In this document: positions 18,838-28,156 of the stretch, in pieces
Position numbering within the stretch: position 1 is the first letter of the stretch
Layout of the letters: every line of letters begins with the position of its first letter
Source: a virus
Virus genome (UHGV): UHGV-1376965
DNA length: 64,000 nucleotides
Reading direction: 5' to 3' (one strand)
The notes under the pieces: generated by a model
The model's input: only the letters and a program-made list of their open reading frames with translations
What the model was told of the DNA's origin: nothing
Databases searched by the model: none
Translations under genes and position numbers: made by a program

Positions 18838-20427
18838 TTACTTAATAAGCAGCGGTACGCCCTGGATACGACGGGCTACGCCAGTCGGGCAGCAGGCCCA
18901 GACTACTTCCCATTTATCGAATTCCGCCTGCGTAACTTTCAGCACATACGGTTCTGTACCGTCAGCATCGGGATCACGAGGAGCCACCAGAGCGCCGGAG
19001 GCGACAAAGCGATCTAAAAGTTTGGTCATCCCTTTAGTCAGGCCAGCCGCAGTAATACCGTCCGGGCTATGCTTCATCTGTCGGGCTAACTGGACAAAGA
19101 AACGACTGATTGCATTCATCAGGGATGGGACGTGCTGGAAGTGCAGATAGTTATCCTGCGTGCAGCAAGTTAAAGCATCGTCGATGATCATCTGGCCAGA
19201 GGTGCCAACAGATACTTTATTGAGACGGCCCTTGACCATTGCTTCTTCGTCCGGGGTATCTTCCGGATACAGCGGTTGAATTGACGCACGAGCAATGACG
19301 GCACGTTCTTCACCAGCCGGTGAGTAATGCCAACCGCCGACATCAGAGTTTTTCTTGACGCCACGAGCTTTCGCCGCATACGCCACGCCAGACAGACCAA
19401 AGACCACACGGGATTGGGTCCATTTGTCTTTGCAGGAGAACGGGTAGTGATAGACAGAACAGCTTACATAATCGGTACCAAGTAAACCGGTATCCTCAAC
19501 AGCTGGTAGTGCTTCTGCGTACGTTAATGTCGGTTTGACATCAAAGAAGCCATCAATCAGGCGATCTGCACAGATTTTACCTAATGCGGTGATAGCCGCA
19601 TTGTCATAGCAGCCCAGGCCAAGAACAGCGGTGTACATGTACGGCGCATTGTTCAGCACTTTCACCGCACGCAGGTACGCAGCTGTTGATATTTTCGACT
19701 GATCACCGTTGGTACCACCAGTGAACGCCAACGATTTTTTATTTGTTACTTTCGCCGTCGAAATCAGCTCTTCATTAACAACCGCGCGCAGATATTTAGA
19801 ACGGGCTTCCAGAGCCGTAGGCAGATAACACAAGCGGCCCATGTCATCTTTCGCTTCTTCCGCCAAAGACACAGTGTGTGTCTCCAGGGTCGTTACCACG
19901 CCGAGCGAAGTTGTCTGGGTCAGTTTTAAGAGGAAGCGTTCATTACCCGCGCTGTCCGCTGTTGCCGTTTCGATGGTTAACTCACGGGTAGGTGAAATAC
20001 ACGGATCACCATCATCAACGTAGATAGCAAAGGCTTCGCCACTATCAAGTTCAATTTCAGAACCGTATGGCAACGCACTGTAAGCCGGTTCGCCTGATTC
20101 ATCGAACATAATAATCGGGAACTTCGCATCATCCGGAACAGCGCGAACAACATAACCAGATGTTTGCTGAATAGCTTCGTATACATGGCGAATTGGTTCG
20201 AACTGTGAGCCGGAAGACGGCTTCAGCGGTTCGCCGAGAACATCTTCGTAATTGGACTCAGTAACCGCAAGAACAGTAAACGGCTTGCCACGCGCAAATA
20301 CGCCAATACCAGCCCACAAGCTGCTATTTAATGCAACACCGGTAGATAACGTCGCATCGGCATTGATCGGGCTAACCGCGACGCCGGATGCATTACCTAA
20401 TGACTGTTGAATTGAATATTGAGACAT
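18838..20427 (-). CDS. Tail sheath protein
   Basis: 529 aa; size and position consistent with a contractile tail sheath (P1 gene 22-like). Confidence 0.65.
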   Translation of the reverse strand: MSQYSIQQSLGNASGVAVSPINADATLSTGVALNSSLWAGIGVFARGKPFTVLAVTESNYEDVLGEPLKPSSGSQFEPIRHVYEAIQQTSGYVVRAVPDDAKFPIIMFDESGEPAYSALPYGSEIELDSGEAFAIYVDDGDPCISPTRELTIETATADSAGNERFLLKLTQTTSLGVVTTLETHTVSLAEEAKDDMGRLCYLPTALEARSKYLRAVVNEELISTAKVTNKKSLAFTGGTNGDQSKISTAAYLRAVKVLNNAPYMYTAVLGLGCYDNAAITALGKICADRLIDGFFDVKPTLTYAEALPAVEDTGLLGTDYVSCSVYHYPFSCKDKWTQSRVVFGLSGVAYAAKARGVKKNSDVGGWHYSPAGEERAVIARASIQPLYPEDTPDEEAMVKGRLNKVSVGTSGQMIIDDALTCCTQDNYLHFQHVPSLMNAISRFFVQLARQMKHSPDGITAAGLTKGMTKLLDRFVASGALVAPRDPDADGTEPYVLKVTQAEFDKWEVVWACCPTGVARRIQGVPLLIK

Positions 20428-20487
20428 AACTTTCCCTGTTATGCGCCCCGCACGGGGGCGCTATGTTAAACGGAGAACTTCCCCTGA

Positions 20488-22194
20488 TTACTCAGAGTCA
20501 CCGGCATCAATCGTGTCGCCGCTAATGAAGTTAAGCCCGCCTTTTTTGGCCATTGTCAGCGTTACACGAGTGAAGTAATCAGCGCCGTTGCGTGGGTGCA
20601 TATCGTTGATAGCCGAACCCCACAGTGTGGTACGGTTGACCAGCGCCGGAGTGGTCGGATGCTGGAACGGGATAGCCGGGACAGCATCACCAGTCACGAA
20701 GCCTGCTTTACCCGGATTTTCATCACGGACGTAGCACAGCACATCCATCGAGCTGAACTGAATGTTCTCTGTCGTTAAGTTCTTACAAATACCAGCAGGT
20801 ACTTCGTACACTTTCACGTTACCGAACAGGGTACCGATGTAGTGAACATACGGAGTCTGGATATAGTCTTCGGCTGGCTGGAAGAAATCCTTCGGCAACT
20901 GTTTGAAGAAAGATGCTGCATCAGCACCAGCAAACATCCCCATCGCACCAGAAGATTTAACGCGCTCAATAATGTCGCGATATACAGTCTGGAATTTGCC
21001 ACGAATGATGGTTGCCCATACATCAAAGGACTGGTTAACCGGCAGAGCGATGTCAAAGGTGTCGGTCGCAAGAGTACGCCAGATCATGATGCGAAGACGC
21101 AGCATATCCTGTTCATGAGACAGGTATTCCTTCAGGGTGCGGAACTGTAGGGAACCCAGGTCCAGACCAAATTCACGCTGTGCTTCATACGCCGCCTGTA
21201 CCGTGTGCTCAGCCGCGATAACGAACTGGCTTGGGAACAGGGTGTATTTCTTCATTTCGTGGTTGATCAGCGGGATCAGCTCAGGAGCGGCTTCAATATT
21301 GATTTCCGTCTCAATTGCGATCTCAGTGCCTTTATCCGGCGCTTTGGAGAACGACAGGGCAATCTGACCAATGTTGTAGTTCAGAGAGCAGGTAACAGTG
21401 ATTTGCTCACCAGCAGCATTAGTAAACGAGTGAAGTAGGCTGCCGGAACCGTTATCAACAACAGACTTAATACGGTTAACGTAGATATTAGTGCGACCTT
21501 TTCGGATTGGTACATTCTGGCCTTCGAAGTCTTCCATCTTGAAGGTTGCGGTTTTGCTGGTGCCATCGGAGCTTGCCACCAGCACATAGCGGCGGCGTAA
21601 CTGGCTGTACACACCGACGGATTGCATGTCCAGAACATCACCAGCAGCATAAGAACCAAAAGAGGAACCTGCCACGTTAAAGACTTCATAGATGTCGGAC
21701 TGGTCACGCGTAACCGGAATGAAGGTACACGCATCAGCGGTAGCTGCCCCCAACTGAACAGGCAGGATCATCGCGAGGAATAAAGGCAGACGCATAACAC
21801 CGTCAGAAACGCTCATCATCTCTGCTGCGACGGATTCCAGCATCGCTTTATTAGTGGCATCCATGCTATTGCGGGTGGACTCAATCAGGCAGTTTTCCAG
21901 CGTCTGGTGGCAGGAGGCCAGAATTTCCGGACGCGGCATAGATTTATGTGCTGCGGCGTAGTCAGCCAGTGCACTTGCCCACGCTGTAGCGATTTGAGCG
22001 GTGGCATTATCAGAGATACCCGCAAAAACCGGGTCTTTACGTGCAGCTTCAAGGATAGATGCGGCACGCGCGGCATCATCTTTAATGAATTGGTTATCAG
22101 TACCGAACTGCGCAGTGCTTGCCCAGCCAAGCACAGCTTTAGAGCGTTTTGCGATATCTGCAATACGATTCTGGTATTCGCGTAAGTTACTCAA
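20488..22194 (-). CDS. Major head (capsid) protein candidate (P1 gene 23-like); ORF track extends to 22215
   Basis: About 568 aa; likely TTG start at 22194 preceded by AAGGAAGAG ribosome-binding site. Confidence 0.55.
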   Translation of the reverse strand: MSNLREYQNRIADIAKRSKAVLGWASTAQFGTDNQFIKDDAARAASILEAARKDPVFAGISDNATAQIATAWASALADYAAAHKSMPRPEILASCHQTLENCLIESTRNSMDATNKAMLESVAAEMMSVSDGVMRLPLFLAMILPVQLGAATADACTFIPVTRDQSDIYEVFNVAGSSFGSYAAGDVLDMQSVGVYSQLRRRYVLVASSDGTSKTATFKMEDFEGQNVPIRKGRTNIYVNRIKSVVDNGSGSLLHSFTNAAGEQITVTCSLNYNIGQIALSFSKAPDKGTEIAIETEINIEAAPELIPLINHEMKKYTLFPSQFVIAAEHTVQAAYEAQREFGLDLGSLQFRTLKEYLSHEQDMLRLRIMIWRTLATDTFDIALPVNQSFDVWATIIRGKFQTVYRDIIERVKSSGAMGMFAGADAASFFKQLPKDFFQPAEDYIQTPYVHYIGTLFGNVKVYEVPAGICKNLTTENIQFSSMDVLCYVRDENPGKAGFVTGDAVPAIPFQHPTTPALVNRTTLWGSAINDMHPRNGADYFTRVTLTMAKKGGLNFISGDTIDAGDSE

Positions 22195-22329
22195 TTTACT
22201 CTTCCTTAAACACAAGGCACTTGTGTGAATCCCTTTTCGGAAGAGATTTTATTGAAAGTCACTTGTTGACTTTCTCGTGACAAGCAATTTTTTTATTTTT
22301 TTCGGGAGTAGGGGAGGAAGGTAAAATCC

Positions 22330-22415
22330 AAGGTGAAATCGTGGCGATTTCACCTTGAAATTTTAGATGGATTTACTTTAAAAACAGTTGGTTAATAGTG
22401 AAATTTGAATGGCGA
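22330..22415. other. parS: parS partition site
   Basis: Heptamer boxes ATTTCAC/GTGAAAT and hexamer TCGCCA (as TGGCGA) in GTGAAATCGTGGCGATTTCACCTTGAAAT and again in TAGTGAAATTTGAATGGCGAAAG, immediately downstream of parB. Confidence 0.75.
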
Positions 22416-22419
22416 AAGT

Positions 22420-23421
22420 TTAAGGCTTCGGCTTTTTATCGAGGCTCTTTCTAAGGATATGCCCAATCATCCTGTCGAGTTCTTCCTGTAGCTCTTTTGA
22501 AAGTCGATTAAACTCATAAGAAAATGCACGGCCTTTCACGCGCTTCCTTGCAAAGCGATCCTTGTCCTCAAATTTCCATAATTCAGTAACTACGGACTTA
22601 TCTTTAGAACCTTTATCCGTGAGTAGTGAGGCTTCCTTTGTTATCAAGCGCAGGATTTTATTTTTAACTTCATCTTCGGCCATTTCTTCAATGGATAAGA
22701 TGTCGTTTATTTCCGGAGATATGTTTTGAATAAGCTGATCAAACTCTAAATTCTTGTTCCCCATTTCGTCGCCAACAGCACAAAGCGTTTTGTAGTCCGA
22801 AAAGGTTAATTCCGACTGAACAGGGAAAAGGGCGACTAATTCTTCCGGAGCACTCGCTGCCTGGAGAGCACGCGTGACCTTCGCCTGAGACAGCCCTTCT
22901 TTGGCTGCAATATCCTTCTGACTCATCCCATCATTTTTCATTCGCATCAAACGCAGACCTATTTCTCGAATGCTGTGCTGCAATGCTGTCTGAACGTCTT
23001 TCGCTAAATTTTGCGCTTCCTGAACGCTGATCTCCTGGTCCGTGACTAAAACCCGCAACCCTACGTTCTCTAAGATGGCAGAAGCTCGACGCCGGGAACC
23101 ATCCAAAATTTCAATTTTCCCTGTAGCCCGTCTAACACCTATTGCAGGGTAAAATTGCTGATGCTTAATAGTGCTTCGGATACTTTTTAATGATTTTGGC
23201 GTAAGAGATGCCTGGTCACGCCCGTTGTTATGCTGATCAACAAAGGTATCGCTTTCTACCTGGTTCGGAGGTATTACCTCTTCAATAAATGTGGCCTGGC
23301 GACCAGTTGATAACTTGAATACCTGCTCGACTCGATCGCCAGAGGCTGAAGAACTATCAAATCCGCTTAATATTGAAGGATTAAGGGTTCGCCCAATTGT
23401 TGGTCTGTTTTTCTTTGACAT
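22420..23421 (-). CDS. parB: Partition protein ParB (centromere-binding)
   Basis: 333 aa; matches my recollection of P1 ParB in length and N-terminus (MSKKNRPTIGRTLNPSILSG). Confidence 0.9.
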   Translation of the reverse strand: MSKKNRPTIGRTLNPSILSGFDSSSASGDRVEQVFKLSTGRQATFIEEVIPPNQVESDTFVDQHNNGRDQASLTPKSLKSIRSTIKHQQFYPAIGVRRATGKIEILDGSRRRASAILENVGLRVLVTDQEISVQEAQNLAKDVQTALQHSIREIGLRLMRMKNDGMSQKDIAAKEGLSQAKVTRALQAASAPEELVALFPVQSELTFSDYKTLCAVGDEMGNKNLEFDQLIQNISPEINDILSIEEMAEDEVKNKILRLITKEASLLTDKGSKDKSVVTELWKFEDKDRFARKRVKGRAFSYEFNRLSKELQEELDRMIGHILRKSLDKKPKP

Positions 23422-23437
23422 GGGGGTTTCTTACTCC

Positions 23438-24634
23438 TCAGTTAGATCTGATAAATTCAATACGGTCAAAAACTGCTTTAGCAAAATCTTCCGCGGCAAT
23501 TCGCGCGTTCTTCAATGCATCAGCACTACCAACATACGTTGCCGGGTTAGCTGAAATAACAGTGTCAAAAGACTCGCCGCAGCGTTCAAAACCGTCAAGG
23601 CGAGGGAGGACGACATCAAGCATATCCCCACCGAACACTTCTTTAGCCAGGCTATGGCAATACTTATGATCTGCCTTGTTACTCAACTTGGACATAAAAC
23701 CAATGTTAGTCGCAAGCTGGCACTCGCAGCCTTCATCCGAAATGAGTTTTACCAACTCAGGAAGGCGGGCAACGTATTTAAGCGATGAGTGGAAATCGAC
23801 AGTTGCTGGCGGCAGAGGTGTAAACAGTATATTGGCCGAGGCCAAAGCATTTTTCAGGAAGGCGTCAAGGTGAGGACCACTATCAACGAGGATAAAGTCA
23901 TAATCGCTCTTCAGCTTATCAATCACATTTTCTTTCAGGACAGCATGGATGTTCTGACCCGGTAGATGCTCATTGCACAGCTCTCTCCAATCGGATGCAA
24001 TAAAGGCATCGTCAATCGACGCAGGCATAACATCAACCCCAGGTACAACAGAAGGAACAATAAACTCCTCTAACAGCTCTTCACGGCTTACATTCTGCAA
24101 CATAGCCTGTGCAGATGTTGCGTTTACGATACCAATAGAGTGTTTATGGCTTAAAAACATCGTTGCTGAAGATTGCGGATCAAGGTCAATAACCAGAATC
24201 CTTAAATCTTCCATCAGAAGATGAGGGTGGGCACGCATTGCATGCGCCAGAGAAACCGTCGATACAGTTTTTGACACACCGCCTTTAAGATTGGAGATGA
24301 AAATCACATACGCTTCGCTGTAGCGATCCCGGTATTTTGGCACTCCGCGATGTTCATATATGTCAATGATGTTCTGAATTGACATCGCATATTTCATTGA
24401 AGAGCCAGCAGGGCGTTTATCGAAAACATAACCCTTTTCTTCCATTTCACTTACGGCATAGTCAACGTTCGCTCGAGTCAGTAGAGGCAATTTTGCCAGT
24501 GCCGCTTTCGCATAGACCTGGTAAAACTCGTTCGCGTGTAGCTCATCCTTTTGCAACTGTACTTGTTCAGTCAGAACATTGAGCATTCTGTTTGCTCTTT
24601 GAGCAACCTTGTGAAGCTGGCTGGAATCACTCAT
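23438..24634 (-). CDS. parA: Partition ATPase ParA (long N-terminal type)
   Basis: 398 aa; deviant Walker A KGGVSKT; upstream of parB in the same operon. Confidence 0.9.
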   Translation of the reverse strand: MSDSSQLHKVAQRANRMLNVLTEQVQLQKDELHANEFYQVYAKAALAKLPLLTRANVDYAVSEMEEKGYVFDKRPAGSSMKYAMSIQNIIDIYEHRGVPKYRDRYSEAYVIFISNLKGGVSKTVSTVSLAHAMRAHPHLLMEDLRILVIDLDPQSSATMFLSHKHSIGIVNATSAQAMLQNVSREELLEEFIVPSVVPGVDVMPASIDDAFIASDWRELCNEHLPGQNIHAVLKENVIDKLKSDYDFILVDSGPHLDAFLKNALASANILFTPLPPATVDFHSSLKYVARLPELVKLISDEGCECQLATNIGFMSKLSNKADHKYCHSLAKEVFGGDMLDVVLPRLDGFERCGESFDTVISANPATYVGSADALKNARIAAEDFAKAVFDRIEFIRSN

Positions 24635-24774
24635 CGAAAGTCATCCTTTATGCTGTATTTTTGAATTTAATTAAAAATGCTGCATAAAATAATAATGTAT
24701 GCGTAGATGCTTGTACATAGCATTCTCTGCATGTTTGGTTCATTTTGCACGATTGAGAGTTACAAGAAAGGCAC

Positions 24775-24800
24775 AAAAAAGCCCCGTTCAGGGGCATCAG
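24775..24800 (-). terminator. Rho-independent terminator after the T5orf172-like gene
   Basis: Minus strand reads GCCCCTGAACGGGGC then TTTTTTG. Confidence 0.7.
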
Positions 24801-24802
24801 TG

Positions 24803-25612
24803 TTATTTGCTAAGAGCAGCGAATAATCGTTCGAAATCGATAGTATCTATAGCACGCGTAAGCGCCGGAAGTTCAGCCTCAAAGTACCCGTGTCGATCGT
24901 AAAAGAAGGGACCGAAGAGCGAGGCATGTTGGATTATACTTCGCCCCAGCCCGGACACACAGTTAAGCCCATTACCGGCTAAAAGGCTAAAAAACTTCTC
25001 TGGATTATCGTGGTAAAGCTGGGAATCAATGGTGGCGGTTAACTCTTCCATAGGGAAGCACACCCGCCCTGTATCCCAGGGATATTTAGTCCGAAGCATA
25101 AACATTGCTTTCAGCAATTCACATTGAGCGAGGATCGCGTCCGGTTCATAGCCAGATATGGAGACATAAGCCACGTCCCTCATTCCTGCGTCATCTTTGA
25201 AAGTCACGATAGAAGTAACATCCAGCTCTTTTTCGAAAGAGCAAGCAGCATCTACTGGACGCTGAAGTAAATCATTCGACTTAATGCGCTCGAGAATCCC
25301 TCCCCACATATCATTTAGATATTCGATATGAGCCAAAACCTTATCAAGACACTCTCGTGTAAACCATTCAGTATGCCCGCCACCGACGCTTTTCTCCCAC
25401 GGCGCATTCCAGGGGAAAAAGGTTGCGTGTAAAGCCCGCTCAAGATTAACCATTGCCAAACGCGTACCACGATAGACCCGTGAAAGCGCAAAATCGGGAC
25501 TCACTTGTAGCCCTTTAAACCGTGCCAATGGACCACATGAAATGCCGATTTTAAAAGTATCTCCGTTCTCTGGCACCAGAACGTAGAGGTAGTGTTGTTT
25601 CTCTTCTTGCAT
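24803..25612 (-). CDS. T5orf172 / GIY-YIG-superfamily domain protein with unknown C-terminal domain
   Basis: 269 aa; N-terminus YLYVLVPENGDTFKIGIS ... GGGHTEWF resembles the T5orf172 family; own terminator; sits between incA iterons and the par promoter. Confidence 0.65.
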   Translation of the reverse strand: MQEEKQHYLYVLVPENGDTFKIGISCGPLARFKGLQVSPDFALSRVYRGTRLAMVNLERALHATFFPWNAPWEKSVGGGHTEWFTRECLDKVLAHIEYLNDMWGGILERIKSNDLLQRPVDAACSFEKELDVTSIVTFKDDAGMRDVAYVSISGYEPDAILAQCELLKAMFMLRTKYPWDTGRVCFPMEELTATIDSQLYHDNPEKFFSLLAGNGLNCVSGLGRSIIQHASLFGPFFYDRHGYFEAELPALTRAIDTIDFERLFAALSK

Positions 25613-25644
25613 ATCAATACCACTGCTTGATGAGAACCGCGCAA

Positions 25645-25896
25645 ATGTTGACTATGCGCGAAGGTTAATGTGAATAGTTGACTATGCGCGATGTGACTAC
25701 AGTCAAAAGTTGACTGTAGTCGATTTAACTCCACCAAAGATCGACTATGTAAGATATTGTCGGGAGAAACGTTGACTATACGCGATGAAATGCCCCTAAA
25801 AGCCATCTCAATAGCGACTTGCAGAATATTGACGCCAGCAAAAATCCACCAGCGTCAACGAATGTCGCCTATAGTCAACTTCTCGCTATCGCATAT
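25645..25896. repeat. incA-like iteron array downstream of repA (about 9 copies, both orientations)
   Basis: Repeated TTGACTATGCGCG / CGCGTATAGTCAA-type units. Confidence 0.8.
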
Positions 25897-25904
25897 AGTC
25901 AATA

Positions 25905-26825
25905 TTATGGATTGCGCTTATGGATCTGGAAGCCGATTTTCCTGCCGTTTTTTATCTCTGAAAATTTAAGATATTCAATAGCTTCCAAATCTTTCATGGC
26001 TTTTCTGATAACGCTATTTTGCACGCTAACGGATGATTTGAGATTAAGCCTCGCTCTAAGGCGCTCAATGCTGACAGGTGCCGGGTTGGCGGGTAGAGCC
26101 TCAAAGAATGTATACAGTACCTTGGCCGTCTCTTTGCGCCCTAGTTTATCCAGCATCTTCAGCTTCAGGATTCGCTTATAGTCAACATAGTAAAGTTCAG
26201 ATAGCTGTTTCTGCGGCTGGATCTCGATAACATCAAGCTCGGTATTCAGGCTGCTATATGCCAACAAGTTGACGTTAATGTTATTGAGATGACCTTTTGC
26301 CGCCGGGAAGCGGAATTTGACAACTGTCTGCTGAATGCGTGTCAGAGAGTCATCAATACTTTTACGGAACGCCTTTGAAAGGCGCTTACGTGGATAGCCG
26401 CATCGATCGGCAAACTCGGAGAATGGCAGGGTGATTATGCCGTCATCATCAGGTGCGTAGTCAAACAACGCGGAGGTTATGCCCACCCACACCTTAAAAT
26501 CAGTATCCATATCCAGGCGTGGACCATGAATTTCAATTCCCTCATAGCCTTCCTGCTCAACAATTTTGAGGCTTGATAGTTCTTCAGTTGCGTTCGTTGT
26601 GTTTGTTGTAACTGACGATCCGCGACGTAGCGCCACATTGGTAGATTTTAAGGTTGGCACAAACACACCTAAGCGCAACAAAGCGATGGGTTGTATAGTG
26701 CTGTTGTTATTGGGCTTCAGGCTGTGGATTTCTCCTGTATTTCCTGCAACTTCTTCAACGCTAAGGAAGCCTTTACTTTCTTCCGGCATCACGGTTTCTC
26801 CATGTGTGGCGCGGCCTGACGTCAA
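25905..26825 (-). CDS. repA: Plasmid replication initiator RepA (P1/RepFIB family); true start may be 26789
   Basis: 306-aa ORF with conserved GPRLDMDTDFKVW segment, flanked by iteron arrays. Confidence 0.85.
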   Translation of the reverse strand: MTSGRATHGETVMPEESKGFLSVEEVAGNTGEIHSLKPNNNSTIQPIALLRLGVFVPTLKSTNVALRRGSSVTTNTTNATEELSSLKIVEQEGYEGIEIHGPRLDMDTDFKVWVGITSALFDYAPDDDGIITLPFSEFADRCGYPRKRLSKAFRKSIDDSLTRIQQTVVKFRFPAAKGHLNNINVNLLAYSSLNTELDVIEIQPQKQLSELYYVDYKRILKLKMLDKLGRKETAKVLYTFFEALPANPAPVSIERLRARLNLKSSVSVQNSVIRKAMKDLEAIEYLKFSEIKNGRKIGFQIHKRNP

Positions 26826-27085
26826 TTTGGATGGCTGTTATCAACAGCTGTGAATATTCAGACTCTAAAATCGCTTACAGTCAATGTTTCTGTCGCGTAT
26901 AGTCAACAATAAATCGCGTGCAGTCAACAATAAATCGTGCACAGTCAACATAAAATCGCGTATAGTCAATGTTGATCCCATTTCAGGCCAGTAATGACGC
27001 GGCTTACAGCGATCCGGGATCTTCTTTGGATCTTCCTAGGTTCTCTTTAGGATCTGTTTATTGGATCTATGCTGTGGATAAGTTG
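26826..27085. other. Plasmid origin region (oriR-like): DnaA-box-like site, five direct iterons (incC-like), GATC cluster
   Basis: TGTTATCAACAG near 26838; five CGCGTATAGTCAAC-type iterons at 26868-26976; at least six GATC sites at 26990-27080. Confidence 0.75.
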
Positions 27086-27089
27086 AATA

Positions 27090-27110
27090 AACCGGCCAAC
27101 AAAGCCGGTT
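27090..27110 (-). terminator. Rho-independent terminator
   Basis: CCGGCCAACAAAGCCGG hairpin; minus strand followed by TTTATT. Confidence 0.55.
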
Positions 27111-27124
27111 GGAAGGAAGTCATA

Positions 27125-27517
27125 TTATTCTACGCTTTCGATAAGAAGACCATGTTCATAACATTTAAGCTCATCGCCTTCATACAGGAATTGGTATCCA
27201 ACACCACCATCTTCATGGACATTAGGGAATAACTCATAACTCACTGAAGAGCAAATTACACCAATGCAGCGATCAACGCCTTCTCGTTCTTCAGTGCTGA
27301 AAAAATCCTCTTCGGTAAGAACATGAGTACATTGCTCATCAGCATAGGTCGGAAATACATGCTCAATGCAATCCGGGTGTTTTAAACCAAGCTGATCGGC
27401 AAGCTCGAAAGCACGACGGTATTGTTCAGATCCTGGCTTGCCAACAGTGATTTGCTCAATTTTGTAGATTGAAGTCGCTTTGTTGATAGTTTGCTTTACT
27501 GTTACTTTATCAGACAT
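27125..27517 (-). CDS. Hypothetical protein
   Basis: 130-aa ORF, last gene of this minus-strand operon. Confidence 0.5.
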   Translation of the reverse strand: MSDKVTVKQTINKATSIYKIEQITVGKPGSEQYRRAFELADQLGLKHPDCIEHVFPTYADEQCTHVLTEEDFFSTEEREGVDRCIGVICSSVSYELFPNVHEDGGVGYQFLYEGDELKCYEHGLLIESVE

Positions 27518-27528
27518 AAAAATCCCTT

Positions 27529-27780
27529 TTAGTTACCGCTAATAGCTCGGTTGTAATCATTAACGTTGCGATTCTTCCTGTTAATCCCCATCAGCATCGT
27601 TTCTGTATCGAGGATATACGCTGGCAGATCATCAAAATATTCACTGCTAAACTCTGGCATCCTGCACATAAATGCACTTTTGGGGGCAGGGTGGTTAACC
27701 TTTGTCGGCGTCGGCGTTAAATTCGCTGATCGACTGCCGGAGCAACCGCTGAGTGTCAGCAGGAATGCGCTGGCGAACAT
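27529..27780 (-). CDS. Outer-membrane lipoprotein, o-spanin (Rz1)-like
   Basis: Lipobox LTLSGC followed by Pro/Thr-rich segment; starts in a different frame inside the 3' end of the upstream gene. ORF track gives 27529..27861. Confidence 0.6.
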   Translation of the reverse strand: MFASAFLLTLSGCSGSRSANLTPTPTKVNHPAPKSAFMCRMPEFSSEYFDDLPAYILDTETMLMGINRKNRNVNDYNRAISGN

Positions 27781-28117
27781 TACCCGCCGCAACCAGTTGT
27801 TTCTGAACTTCAGCTTTTCGTTCCATTTGCCTGTCAGCATATTTGGCTTGTTCTGATTCATTTTTCACTTCCTGGCTGTGAAAATGTTGCTCTGCTTTGT
27901 TCATCGTCTCAATGGTCTGGTTAAGATCCATTATTGACTTATCACGTTCCTTAACAGCCTGATCAAGACTGCCAATTTTCTCCATGGCTTGCTTTAGCTG
28001 ATGACGTTCCCATGCAAACCCAGCACCAACAAGTGCGCAAATCAGAACAAGAACACCAGTAGCAGCAAGTTTCTCCTTCAAAGACAAAGCTGTTTTTAAC
28101 GTAGAAAAGAATGACAT
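27695..28117 (-). CDS. Membrane-anchored coiled-coil protein, i-spanin (Rz)-like
   Basis: N-terminal transmembrane segment then charged coiled coil; AGGAGG ribosome-binding site before the ATG at 28117; 3' end overlaps the lipoprotein gene. Confidence 0.6.
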   Translation of the reverse strand: MSFFSTLKTALSLKEKLAATGVLVLICALVGAGFAWERHQLKQAMEKIGSLDQAVKERDKSIMDLNQTIETMNKAEQHFHSQEVKNESEQAKYADRQMERKAEVQKQLVAAGNVRQRIPADTQRLLRQSISEFNADADKG

Positions 28118-28156
28118 GCCTTCCTCCTGAAGAAAAATTATCAATGAAGTCCTTTG

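Noticed and set aside
22216-22330. Palindromes upstream of the capsid gene (ACACAAGGCACTTGTGTG, AAGTCAACAAGTGACTT) as a defined late-promoter element
   Set aside because: I cannot recall the late-promoter consensus reliably enough to match it, and I did not find the same palindrome upstream of other late operons.
25645-26976. Iteron clusters as a CRISPR array or mobile-element terminal repeats
   Set aside because: These are 13-19-bp repeats in both orientations flanking a RepA gene, the standard iteron plasmid origin layout.
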